64,000 bases of DNA from Crocinitomicaceae bacterium (GCA_002716065.1 PAZE01000048.1:13-64012), one strand, 5' to 3'. Counted from the first letter of the stretch, positions 10,125 through 19,482 are shown. Translations and numbers: made by a program. The notes: generated by a model from the sequence alone, not told the origin.

Positions 10125-11333
10125 ATGACAACACCATACTATCTCTACGATTTAAAATTGCTTGAGAAAACATTGCAAAATTTAATTTTTCATGCAGCTG
10201 ATTATCGAATACATTATGCGATTAAGGCCAATACAGATTATAAAATAAATAAATTAATTACTTCTTATGGTCTAGGGGCTGATTGTGTGAGTGGAAATGA
10301 AATTTTACATGCGCTAAAATGTGGATTTTCTAGCGATAATATTGTATTTGCTGGTGTGGGTAAAACTGATCAGGAAATTAGTATAGCATTGGAAAATAAC
10401 ATTGGCTGTTTTAATATTGAATCTTTTCAAGAATTAAAGGTTATTCATTCTATTGCTCAACAAATGAATAAACATGCTAATATCGCTATTCGTGTTAATC
10501 CAAATGTTGATGTAGATACTCATCAATACATTAAAACAGGAATAAATGAAAACAAATTTGGTGTTTCAATAGAACAAATTTTAGAGTTGGTAGATTATAT
10601 TGAGGATACGAATTGCCTTTCTTTAACTGGATTGCATTTTCATATTGGGAGCCAAATAACCAATTTTCGAAATTTTGAATTTTTAGCCAAAAAAGTAAAT
10701 TTCATAATTGATTATTTACATAACGAAGGAGTCGAAATTAATCATCTTAATTTAGGTGGAGGATTGGGCATTGATTACGAAAACCCTACTGAAAATCCTA
10801 TTGCTGACTTTAAAAATTATTTCGATGTTTTCAGAAATAACCTATCTGTAAATTCCAATTGTAAAGTTCATTTTGAACTTGGAAGATCTATTGTAGGTCA
10901 ATGTGGTGAACTTCATACTAAAGTGGTGTATATAAAAGAGGGAATTAACAAAAGATTTGCGATAATTGACGCTGGAATGACGGATTTGTTAAGACCTGCA
11001 TTGTACCAGGCAAAACATAAAATAGTAAAGCAAAGTAAAACCCATCCATTTTCCAAGTTGAAGTACGATATTGTAGGTCCAATATGTGAATCTAGTGATG
11101 TCTTTAGAAAAGACTACTTTATAGAAGAGTTAAATAGGGGAGATTTACTTGTAATTAAGTCCTGTGGTGCATATGGTCAAGTAATGTGTAGTTCATACAA
11201 CTTAAGAAGTCAGCCTAAGAGTTATTATATCGAAACAGAAAATAAATCTTCATTAAATGAGGAAATTAAATTGGCTTTACCAACCTATCTATCATTGAAA
11301 AACTTAGTAAGCAACAACATTATTTTACAATAA
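10125..11333 (+). CDS. lysA: diaminopimelate decarboxylase
   Basis: PLP-lysine motif (HYAIKAN), GGGLGI motif and CESSD motif. ATG at 10125 is preferred over the TTG at 10083. Confidence 0.9.
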   Translation: MTTPYYLYDLKLLEKTLQNLIFHAADYRIHYAIKANTDYKINKLITSYGLGADCVSGNEILHALKCGFSSDNIVFAGVGKTDQEISIALENNIGCFNIESFQELKVIHSIAQQMNKHANIAIRVNPNVDVDTHQYIKTGINENKFGVSIEQILELVDYIEDTNCLSLTGLHFHIGSQITNFRNFEFLAKKVNFIIDYLHNEGVEINHLNLGGGLGIDYENPTENPIADFKNYFDVFRNNLSVNSNCKVHFELGRSIVGQCGELHTKVVYIKEGINKRFAIIDAGMTDLLRPALYQAKHKIVKQSKTHPFSKLKYDIVGPICESSDVFRKDYFIEELNRGDLLVIKSCGAYGQVMCSSYNLRSQPKSYYIETENKSSLNEEIKLALPTYLSLKNLVSNNIILQ

Positions 11334-11361
11334 AAAAAAGCTCCTATTAGGAGCTTTTTTT
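11334..11361. terminator. bidirectional rho-independent terminator between convergent lysA and the T9SS cargo gene
   Basis: AAAAAAA-GCTCCT-att-AGGAGC-TTTTTTT: the stem is flanked by an A-tract and a T-tract. Confidence 0.7.
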
Positions 11362-11376
11362 ATGAAATTAAGGTAT

Positions 11377-13518
11377 CTATTTGGATACAATGAATTTTTT
11401 AGACTTAGATTTCTTGTTGTTTCTTAGAACAATAGTGTAATTTCCTGCAGGTAAGTTTTCAATATTTATACAACTTAACCTCGCATTTTGGTGAAGATTA
11501 CCACTTATTACATTTTCTCCTAGAATAGTATAGATTGAGTATTCTTTGAAATCTTCATTTGAAGTTACAAATAATTGATCTGTTGCAGGATTGGGATATA
11601 TGTAAAACAATTCATTGAAATTAACCTCAATCGAAGAGATATTTCCATAAAACCAATCGTGAGCAACTTTTACAATTTCATCTTTAATGGAATTATCAGC
11701 AATCATTTCAAGTGAAACACCAATGTATACCATTTTATAGTTGTTGTTTTCAAATCTAATTGCCCCAACTTTACTGACATCATTGTTGTAATTGTAAATA
11801 GCTGTTGCCCCATTAATTGGGTCAAATTGATCAGGGTACATATATCCACCATAAGCATCAACAATGCTAGAGCCTCCTACTGAACCATATATCGGATCTG
11901 TGGTTACTGTAGAATATTGTGAATTAGAAGTGCTCCCATCATCTACATAGGAAGCATTGATGTAATTTGAGTAGAAGTTTTGAGTGGTTGCAGTTCCATA
12001 ACCACTACCAGATTCAATATCCCAACCTATATCTTGGCCTGCTATAAAAAGGTTTCCTCCATTGTCCATAAATGACATTAAAGCAGTTGCTTCATCATCT
12101 GCTAGGGAAGGGAATGTCCAACCAATATTGTAATAGATGTTATTTACACCCGTAAGAGCTAGATTATTGGAAAGTAAATTCATAACCTCAGCGGAAGTAG
12201 CATCAAATGAGGTGTTATTGGCATATGTTAAACCATCAATAAACTCTCCCTGAAAATCTATAGCTCCATTTCCAGTGCTTGCTCCATTATTTCCAGATCC
12301 ATTTACAATTAAGTCAGTTATTCCACTAATAACATATACTTTTTGTGTTTGTACTGCATTTGAATCTGAAGCCATAGTCATTGTAAGAGTATAGCTGGAA
12401 ATAGATGGAGTTATACCAGGGTTTACATCGATGCTAATAGAAGATGTTACCCCATTAGTTAGACTAATTGTCTGAGAAGTATTGTAAGTGTTACCATTAA
12501 CAGAATAATTAGATGTCCAATCATTTGGATGATCTGATGTTAATTCGAAAATATAGTCGTTGCTTCCAGCAATTAACGGGTTTATTTCAAAAGAAAATGT
12601 TGAGGTGTTCCCATTTGATCCTTCAACTGCTTCACTAGATAAACCAGTAAAGTCACCTAAAAATTTAGCGTGATCTCCATTATCATATCCACCTATGGCA
12701 GGTATAGATATTCCTGTATAAATTTCCTGATATGATTCAGAAATAAATACAGCTAAATGGCAGTTGTTTACATCAATAGGAACACCGTTGACATCTGAGG
12801 GTAGTGTATATATATATTGATTTTGGTATAAGCTTCCTTGAGTTGTTGTTGAAATTACATCTCCCCACTGACCAGTAATCATGTCTCTTAGCATATGACT
12901 GTGAACATAATCAGGCCCAACATAATTGTTAGGATTAAAATTAGCTCCACCAGATTGTGGTCCTAATAAAGAATCTTGTAATAAGACAACATTAATATAA
13001 TTGGTTGATAACGCACTGTTGGAAGTGTAGAATGCTTCAACATCAATAGTTAATTCATTAGTGCTGGAATTATATGAAGAGGATGCTCCGATATTCACTG
13101 GAGAAACTTCTTGCATAATCTGGTTTGACATTGTAGTCCATGTGCTTCTTCCATTAGCAGTACCTCCAGGAGTTTGAGCAGTAGAAAAAACATGTCTATT
13201 TACTGTGCCAGCTGGATAGCCTGTTAACCCTGTTTGATTGGCAATAGCATCACCCCATGAAGTTCTAAAATCAGGCTCTCCAGTTCCAGGAGAAGCAAAA
13301 CTTCCCTGATGAATGTTTATTAAAATTACACGATTAGGATTTGCATCATACATTCCACTTGCAATAACATGACCATCAGGACAATATCCACAATGTATTC
13401 CAGTAAACTCTTCAAGAATAGTGCTTTTGTATTGAGGGTTAACCGTAACGATGTTTTGGCTAATTAGTTGAAATATACAAGTAAAATAGAGGGTAGTCGA
13501 AAGTAATAATTTTTTCAT
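11377..13518 (-). CDS. secreted protein with Omp28-like/thioredoxin-fold N-terminal region and T9SS type A C-terminal sorting domain
   Basis: Signal peptide from ATG 13518. EEFTGIHCGYCPDGH motif. C-terminus (YIYPNPATDQLFV...LPAGNYTIVL...) is typical of Por_Secre_tail CTDs. Confidence 0.8.
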   Translation of the reverse strand: MKKLLLSTTLYFTCIFQLISQNIVTVNPQYKSTILEEFTGIHCGYCPDGHVIASGMYDANPNRVILINIHQGSFASPGTGEPDFRTSWGDAIANQTGLTGYPAGTVNRHVFSTAQTPGGTANGRSTWTTMSNQIMQEVSPVNIGASSSYNSSTNELTIDVEAFYTSNSALSTNYINVVLLQDSLLGPQSGGANFNPNNYVGPDYVHSHMLRDMITGQWGDVISTTTQGSLYQNQYIYTLPSDVNGVPIDVNNCHLAVFISESYQEIYTGISIPAIGGYDNGDHAKFLGDFTGLSSEAVEGSNGNTSTFSFEINPLIAGSNDYIFELTSDHPNDWTSNYSVNGNTYNTSQTISLTNGVTSSISIDVNPGITPSISSYTLTMTMASDSNAVQTQKVYVISGITDLIVNGSGNNGASTGNGAIDFQGEFIDGLTYANNTSFDATSAEVMNLLSNNLALTGVNNIYYNIGWTFPSLADDEATALMSFMDNGGNLFIAGQDIGWDIESGSGYGTATTQNFYSNYINASYVDDGSTSNSQYSTVTTDPIYGSVGGSSIVDAYGGYMYPDQFDPINGATAIYNYNNDVSKVGAIRFENNNYKMVYIGVSLEMIADNSIKDEIVKVAHDWFYGNISSIEVNFNELFYIYPNPATDQLFVTSNEDFKEYSIYTILGENVISGNLHQNARLSCINIENLPAGNYTIVLRNNKKSKSKKFIVSK

Positions 13519-13671
13519 TTTTTTTGTCAATTATTTTTAATGGCCTAAAAGTAGGTATAATACAACGTGAAATTGTTGCCCATTTTTGGTGGATTATTGT
13601 AATCCTAAACTTGTTATAGTCTACTGTTAAGTAGTTAATAACTTGTTAATAAACTGTTAGTAATGTGTTGA

Positions 13672-14076
13672 TTAGTCCTTGAATATTCTGTCAATTCCTT
13701 TGAACTCAGGAGATTGAATGGAAATGACTCTTAAGGGGTTTGAGGAGATAACATCAACTCCATGCCAAGTATTCTTTGGAACTATAATAAGATCTCCAGG
13801 TTCTACATGATAGGTGGTGCTTCCTAAATGAAATCTTCCTTCACCTTGAGTAATGTAAATGTGTTCGACATGATTTTCATGCTTATGAATTTTAACCTTT
13901 CTTTTTACCCAAATCGCAAAAGTTGTTGAGTTGGGGTTCGTAGAGATTTGATGAACATGTATATTTTCAGAAGCAGAATCTGGACGTACTTTATTGAACT
14001 CTCCAACAAATTCTTGAGAATACATCAACATTGTTAAAAAACAAAATAAGATGGTTGTAGTAGCTTTCATAAACAT
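13672..14076 (-). CDS. cupin domain-containing protein (secreted)
   Basis: Signal peptide, and a cupin motif region (HKHENHVEHIYITQGEG...GDLIIVPKNTWHG). An alternative ATG at 14070 would give an ATGA overlap with the fmt stop. Confidence 0.7.
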   Translation of the reverse strand: MFMKATTTILFCFLTMLMYSQEFVGEFNKVRPDSASENIHVHQISTNPNSTTFAIWVKRKVKIHKHENHVEHIYITQGEGRFHLGSTTYHVEPGDLIIVPKNTWHGVDVISSNPLRVISIQSPEFKGIDRIFKD

Positions 14077-15002
14077 TGATTATTTGTAAACCTTGCTCCT
14101 TTAATAAACTCTTCAGCAGACATTCTTTTTTTTCCTTCTAGCTGAATTTCTGCTAATTTAAGACATCCATCTGAACAACCAATATGAAGTTCATTATTAT
14201 TTACAGATATTTCACCAGGATGTAATTGTCCTTCAATACATTTTGCACTATAAATTTTAAAAATAAGAGATTTAGCATCTATTTCTATTTTTGTCCAAGC
14301 TCCAGGATAGGGAGAAAGTCCTCTTATTAAATTATTGATGGAAGATTTAGAGTTATTCCAATGAATTTTGCCGGTCTGTTTGTTGATTTTTGGGGCATTA
14401 TTGAGCTTATTGGAAATTAAGTTTTGTTGATCTATAAAAGGGTTAGTTCCATCTTCAATACTGCTGATGGTTTTAAGTAATAAATTAGCTCCTTTTATCA
14501 TTAATTTATCGTGTAAACTTCCAACAGTATCATCCTCTAAAATAGCCACTTTTTGTTGGTGAATTATTTTACCAGTATCTATTTCTTTTTCAATGAAAAA
14601 GGTAGTTATGCCAGTTTCTTTCTCTCCATTTATAATTGCCCAATTAATGGGAGCTGCTCCTCTATAGTTTGGTAATAAAGAGGCATGTAGGTTAATGGTA
14701 CCTTTTTTGGGCATTGACCAAACAATTTCTGGAAGCATTCTAAAAGCAACAACAACAAATAAATCTGCATTAATTTCCTGAATTTCTTTTATGAATTCAG
14801 GATCTTTTAAATTGGTTGGTTGTAAAACAGGAATTCTGTTTTCTATAGCAAAATTTTTAACAGCTGATCTTTTTAGCTTTTTACCTCTTCCTGCTGGTCG
14901 GTCAGGAGCTGTTACCACAGCAGCTAATTCTGCTCTTAAAGAATGAATTTTGCGTAAACTTTCAACAGCAAAATCTGGTGTGCCCATGAAAATAATCTTC
15001 AT
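14067..15002 (-). CDS. fmt: methionyl-tRNA formyltransferase
   Basis: MKIIFMGTPDFAV N-terminus and the HASLLPNYRGAAPINWAI formyltransferase motif. 311 aa. Confidence 0.9.
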   Translation of the reverse strand: MKIIFMGTPDFAVESLRKIHSLRAELAAVVTAPDRPAGRGKKLKRSAVKNFAIENRIPVLQPTNLKDPEFIKEIQEINADLFVVVAFRMLPEIVWSMPKKGTINLHASLLPNYRGAAPINWAIINGEKETGITTFFIEKEIDTGKIIHQQKVAILEDDTVGSLHDKLMIKGANLLLKTISSIEDGTNPFIDQQNLISNKLNNAPKINKQTGKIHWNNSKSSINNLIRGLSPYPGAWTKIEIDAKSLIFKIYSAKCIEGQLHPGEISVNNNELHIGCSDGCLKLAEIQLEGKKRMSAEEFIKGARFTNNQCL

Positions 15003-15013
15003 CTATATAAAAT

Positions 15014-16204
15014 TTAAAATACTTGAATTACCAATCCTTTTAAGTATTCACTTTCAGGATGAAATATATTTATCGGATGATCTGCTGGTTGGTGAAGCTG
15101 ATAAAGAATTTTAATTTCTCTTTCAGCTGCAATACTTGCAGATAAAATGGTGTTTCGAAACAATTCTTTACTAATTACTTGAGAGCAAGAAAAAGTGAAA
15201 ATAATACCTCCAGGTTTTATTTGTTCTATTGCTCTTGCATTTAATCGCTTGTATCCCTGAATTGCTTTGTGTCTTGCCTTTTGGTGTTTGGCAAAAGCAG
15301 GAGGATCTAAGATAATAATATCGTAATCATCATTCAGATTTTTTATGTACTCCATGGTGTCAGCAACGATAGATTTGTGCTTACTATTTTTAGCTTTAAC
15401 AAGAGCAATGTTTTCTTCTAAAAGAGAGATGGCTTTTTTTGAGCTATCCAAAGAATGAACTTCTTTTGCTCCGTTGTTTAAAGCATAAATAGAAAAACCA
15501 CCAGAATAGCAAAAGGTATTTAATATCTTTTTTCCTTTAGAAATTTCCCCCAACAGTTTTCTGTTTTCTCTTTGGTCTATGAAAAAACCAGTTTTTTGCC
15601 CATTAATCCAATTAATTGAAAACAAGTTGTCGTTCTCTTTGCCAGTTTTATCCGATGGGTCACTGCCAAATAGATAGGCATTTTTGATAGGGTAGGATTG
15701 GTGGTATTTATCTGGAAGAGTTTCTGCACTTTTATCGTATACACAAGTGATATTTGGAAGTAATTCTGTGATTGCTTCACAAAAAACATCTTTAAGTCTC
15801 CACATGCCAATTGAATGACATTGTATAACAGCGGTTGTATTGTATACATCTACAATTAATCCAGGAAGATCATCTCCTTCTGCATGAACTAATCGATAAA
15901 TTGTTGTTGAGGAGTTATTGGTTAAATTGAGGTTTTCTCTATTAATAAACGCTTTTTTGATTTTGTTTTTCCAATAGTTGTCATCTATGGTTTGTTGTTT
16001 AAATTCAAAAACTCTGATATTGATAACACCATCTTGGAAATGCCCAGTGCCTAAATATTTTCCTTTATTGGATTCAATTTCAACCACATCACCCTCTTGA
16101 ATAGTTTGCTCAATTGTTTTAATAGCCCCTGAAAATATCCAAGGATGAAATCGTTTTATTGATTTATCTTTTGCAGGTTTTAATATAACTTTTGGAATAC
16201 TCAT
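15014..16204 (-). CDS. class I SAM-dependent rRNA methyltransferase (RlmI/RlmK-like, PUA + MTase)
   Basis: N-terminal PUA-like region, SAM-binding region (LNTFCYSGGFS) and ILDPPAFAK motif. 396 aa. Confidence 0.75.
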   Translation of the reverse strand: MSIPKVILKPAKDKSIKRFHPWIFSGAIKTIEQTIQEGDVVEIESNKGKYLGTGHFQDGVINIRVFEFKQQTIDDNYWKNKIKKAFINRENLNLTNNSSTTIYRLVHAEGDDLPGLIVDVYNTTAVIQCHSIGMWRLKDVFCEAITELLPNITCVYDKSAETLPDKYHQSYPIKNAYLFGSDPSDKTGKENDNLFSINWINGQKTGFFIDQRENRKLLGEISKGKKILNTFCYSGGFSIYALNNGAKEVHSLDSSKKAISLLEENIALVKAKNSKHKSIVADTMEYIKNLNDDYDIIILDPPAFAKHQKARHKAIQGYKRLNARAIEQIKPGGIIFTFSCSQVISKELFRNTILSASIAAEREIKILYQLHQPADHPINIFHPESEYLKGLVIQVF

Positions 16205-16225
16205 GTCATTTTATTCTACTTGGCA

Positions 16226-16275
16226 AAATAACAATTATTAATTCAAAGAAGATTACATGTAAATAACAATTATTA
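16226..16275. repeat. 15-bp perfect direct repeat AAATAACAATTATTA (16226-16240 and 16261-16275) in a divergent promoter region
   Basis: Read directly. Each copy is followed, immediately or after 5 nt, by ATTCAAA. Confidence 0.8.
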
Positions 16276-16307
16276 GTTTTATTCAAATTTGAATTAAAGC
16301 GTAACTA

Positions 16308-17201
16308 TTGAAATTTGGATTTTTAGATAGTCTTGATCAGGTTGATTTTACTCTACCTAATTTGAAAAATGATTTTCAAACCTTTACTTCTGTTCCTAGA
16401 AGTCAACTAAAGGTGTTTATTGGTGCTCCTGTTTGGTCTGATAAGAATTATTTAGCTCGTTTATATCCTCAAAAGACTAAACAAAAGGATTTTCTTTCTG
16501 CATATGCTAAGCAGTTCAATAGCATTGAGGTAAATGCCACACGTTATGGTACACCAAAACCCTCAGTTATTCAAAAATGGTACGATTCTGTTGGGCCAAA
16601 TTTTAAATTTTCATTAAAAGTGCCTCAAGTTATTACCCATAGAAAAGATATTAACGATAAGGTTTCAAGAGAAAGATTCGATCAATTTTTACTTGCTGTT
16701 GATGGATTAAAAGAAAAATCAGGAATGAGTTTTGCGGTTATGGCCAATTACTTTAAAGCTAATAATTTCAATGGTCTAGTTGATTTTGTTGAAAATATTC
16801 CTTTTGACTTACCCCTGGCAATTGAATTTAGAGATTCAAGCTGGTTTGAACCTTCTATTTTGGATCAGTGGCAAAAGTTATTTGCAGAAAATAATATAAC
16901 CACTGTTAAAACTGACACACCTGGAAGAAGAGATGCTGCTCATTGCAGGTTAGTGGGCGAAAATTTATTTGTTCGTTATGTAGGAGACTATTCTCATCCA
17001 ACTGATAGTTTTAGAATTAAAAATTGGGTTTCTAGTTTTGATAGGGCCTTAAGTTTGGGAGTGAAAAACATTTGGTTTTATGTTCATCAACCAGGTGATA
17101 CAAGAGGAAAAGTATTGGATTTCTTTAATTCATTTATTGTTGAGTTAAATGAAAAACAACAAATGAATTTTCCTAAGCTTATAGATTATAGTTTGGTTTA
17201 A
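16308..17201 (+). CDS. DUF72 domain-containing protein
   Basis: DUF72-like pattern (FIGAPVWSDKNY...LYP...FLSAYAKQFNSIEVNATRYG). TTG start as on the track. Confidence 0.7.
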   Translation: MKFGFLDSLDQVDFTLPNLKNDFQTFTSVPRSQLKVFIGAPVWSDKNYLARLYPQKTKQKDFLSAYAKQFNSIEVNATRYGTPKPSVIQKWYDSVGPNFKFSLKVPQVITHRKDINDKVSRERFDQFLLAVDGLKEKSGMSFAVMANYFKANNFNGLVDFVENIPFDLPLAIEFRDSSWFEPSILDQWQKLFAENNITTVKTDTPGRRDAAHCRLVGENLFVRYVGDYSHPTDSFRIKNWVSSFDRALSLGVKNIWFYVHQPGDTRGKVLDFFNSFIVELNEKQQMNFPKLIDYSLV

Positions 17202-17246
17202 CGTTGCGTGTAAAATGCGTTTTAATGTAGTTTAGGTTTTGTTGGC
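17196..17246 (-). repeat. attC-like site C (weak hairpin): GCCAAC ... GTTAAAC read on the minus strand
   Basis: Plus-strand GTTTAAC at 17196-17202 overlaps the DUF72 stop codon. GTTGGC is at 17241-17246. Internal pairing is AT-rich and weak. Confidence 0.3.
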
Positions 17247-17265
17247 AAAAGTATTTTTCCATTTT

Positions 17266-17919
17266 TCATTCCGAAATTACGGTTATTTGTCCAATCAATT
17301 CATCTCTTTTTAGAGCATTGACCATAAATTTCGCCACATTTTTTCTGCTGATTGTCAGTTTTGGTTTTGGCTCGTTATTATAACTTTCGATTATTTTCTT
17401 CTCCTTTTTAAAGTTTGTCAATCCAGTTGGTCTTACGATTGTCCAGTCTAATTTTGATGTTTTTAATTCGTTTTCTTGTCTTTCGTGGTCTTTGTATGCA
17501 ACTCCGATGTTGCTGTTCTTTATGAACCACCTAAACCAAACAGGAATTTCCTTTTCAGTTTCGCCAACTCCCCAAGCGGAACAAACTACAATTCGTTCAA
17601 GTCCGTTTTTATCAGCCAATGAAATTATGTTCTTAATTACGTTTGAGAGGAAAGTTGACGGTGTCCTTAATTTTGACCAAGGAAAATCCGATTTTCGAGA
17701 AATGTTCAATGCGCTGATTATTCCTTCACATTCTTTTATTGCGTTTTCTAAGTCTGAAATTTTTTCAGGCGAGCCTTTCAGGATTTTTAGGTTTTTGTGA
17801 TTTTTCTTTATTTTTTTCGGCTCCCTGACCAAACAATTTACTTCGTAATCTTGATGCAGAGCTTCTTCCAGAATTAATTTTCCCGTTCTTCCAGTTGCTC
17901 CTAATATCAATATTTTCAT
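17266..17919 (-). CDS. NAD(P)H-binding protein (NmrA / atypical SDR, flavin-reductase-like)
   Basis: Rossmann N-terminus MKILILGATGRTGKLILEEAL. 217 aa. Confidence 0.75.
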   Translation of the reverse strand: MKILILGATGRTGKLILEEALHQDYEVNCLVREPKKIKKNHKNLKILKGSPEKISDLENAIKECEGIISALNISRKSDFPWSKLRTPSTFLSNVIKNIISLADKNGLERIVVCSAWGVGETEKEIPVWFRWFIKNSNIGVAYKDHERQENELKTSKLDWTIVRPTGLTNFKKEKKIIESYNNEPKPKLTISRKNVAKFMVNALKRDELIGQITVISE

Positions 17920-17947
17920 TGTTGAATTTCGTTTTTTTTATATTGTA

Positions 17948-18009
17948 GCCAACGTTTAGTGTATGGTGCGTATCCCGCATGGTATGCACTATACACCGTG
18001 TTGGGTGCT
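17948..18009 (-). repeat. attC-like site B: about 60-nt imperfect hairpin, ACCCAAC ... GTTGGCT on the minus strand
   Basis: CCAAC (17949-17953) pairs with GTTGG (18000-18004), then an asymmetric internal loop (5 nt vs 3 nt). Next come 16 consecutive pairs (17959-17974 with 17981-17996, three of them G-T wobbles) and a 6-nt loop. Confidence 0.45.
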
Positions 18010-18015
18010 GTTTTT

Positions 18016-19338
18016 TTATTCTTTCGTAAATTCAATTCGTCCACCGCCTTGAAATAATATCATTTTCTTGTCTGTTAGATTAAATTCAAATTTTGCTCCT
18101 GCTTGGTCAAACTTAAATTTGTCTTTGTCAGTTGCATCAAGTGGAAATGCTGGCTGTCCTGTTCCTTGTGCAATTAAAGTATTTCCGTCTTTTGTAATTG
18201 TAATTTTCAACGCAATTTGTTTAGAAGAATAAACTCCTAAATACTTGTCTAAGTCTTCCGAAGTTAAGTTATATGTTGTGAAAACAGGAATTTCGTATGG
18301 CTTATCGTAAACCGCACTTAAAACTGCAATAGAAATATCATTATTATTCATATTTGTTCCGTTAGAAACCAAAGCATATGAAATATTGTCGTCTGGAAAA
18401 TGTGAATAAACTGAACTAAAACCATCAATTCCGCCTGTGTGTCCGTAACCAATACTTCTGTAGAAAGGAATTTGAAATAAACCAATTCCGTAACCATCTT
18501 TAATGGTTTTCATTATTTCAATACTTTGTCTTGTCAAAAGCTTACCATCAAATAAAGCGTCTGAAAATTTTGTCAAGTCGGTTGGAGTAGAAATTATCGC
18601 ACCCGCACCTAATGGAACAGTAAAATCTGTTTCAGGCTCTACTTTCCAAGTCCCTGCGAATCTGTATGATTTAGATTCATTGTTATTTGGATTGATTTTC
18701 CCAAAAACATAAGTGTTTGACAACCCAATTGGTTTCGCAATATATTCTTCGAGTAAATCAGAGTAAGAATTTCCATATGTTTTTTCAAGAATGTAGGTTA
18801 ATAACACAAAATTTGAGTTGCTGTATTCTGCTTTGCTATCGGGGTTGAAGTCACTACCACCTTTTGCAATAATTTCAACCATTTTTTCTTCTGTCTTTGG
18901 TTGTGTGTTCCAACTCAGGTAATCTTTATCGTTTGTGAAGTTATGTATACCACTTCTGTGTCTTAGCAAATGTTCTATGGTTATTTTTTTGGCGTTTTTA
19001 AATGTCGGAAACCATTTGTCTATAGTCTGGTTTAGGTTTAATTTTTTTTCTTCAACTGCTTTTAGTATTAAAACTGCTGTAAATGTTTTAGAAATTGAGC
19101 CAATCCTATATTTAGAGTTGTCGGTAGCTTTTACATTGTTTTCGAAATCTGCAAATCCGACTGATTTTGTGTAAATAACCTCTCCGTTATTGGATACTGC
19201 AACACTTCCCATAAACTTGTTGTTTTGTTCAAGAGCATTGAAATAGTTGTCCAACTTAGTTTTGTCAAAGTTCGTTTGAGCAAGTCCGATCTGACTTATT
19301 GCAAAAGTTAAAAAGGTTATTAAGATTGTTTTAATCAT
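18016..19338 (-). CDS. serine hydrolase, class C beta-lactamase / DD-peptidase family
   Basis: Signal peptide, SxxK active-site motif (GSISKTF) and a beta-lactamase-family layout with a C-terminal extra domain. 440 aa. Confidence 0.8.
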   Translation of the reverse strand: MIKTILITFLTFAISQIGLAQTNFDKTKLDNYFNALEQNNKFMGSVAVSNNGEVIYTKSVGFADFENNVKATDNSKYRIGSISKTFTAVLILKAVEEKKLNLNQTIDKWFPTFKNAKKITIEHLLRHRSGIHNFTNDKDYLSWNTQPKTEEKMVEIIAKGGSDFNPDSKAEYSNSNFVLLTYILEKTYGNSYSDLLEEYIAKPIGLSNTYVFGKINPNNNESKSYRFAGTWKVEPETDFTVPLGAGAIISTPTDLTKFSDALFDGKLLTRQSIEIMKTIKDGYGIGLFQIPFYRSIGYGHTGGIDGFSSVYSHFPDDNISYALVSNGTNMNNNDISIAVLSAVYDKPYEIPVFTTYNLTSEDLDKYLGVYSSKQIALKITITKDGNTLIAQGTGQPAFPLDATDKDKFKFDQAGAKFEFNLTDKKMILFQGGGRIEFTKE

Positions 19339-19361
19339 TATGGTATTTCTTAGTTCTAAAT

Positions 19362-19403
19362 AGCACCCAACGTAACGATAAACGTATTACGTTTATTCTT
19401 GTT
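19362..19403 (-). repeat. attC-like site A: AGCACCCAAC followed by a short hairpin
   Basis: AGCACCCAAC (19362-19371) is the exact reverse complement of GTTGGGTGCT (18000-18009). ATAAACGTA (19378-19386) pairs with TACGTTTAT (19388-19396). GTT is at 19401-19403. Confidence 0.4.
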
Positions 19404-19482
19404 ATGTATTTAGTTAAATAATCAAAGCTAAAAGTAATTCAAAAGTTCAGATAGTTTAACTGATTTATAAAACATTTTAGAA

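Noticed and set aside
17492-19174. Track ORFs 17492-17800 (+), 17765-17989 (-), 18503-18712 (+) and 18935-19174 (+) within the candidate cassette region.
   Set aside because: They overlap the NmrA-like and beta-lactamase-family genes, and 17765-17989 runs through the attC-like hairpin. They have no motifs and an odd composition, so I treat them as spurious.
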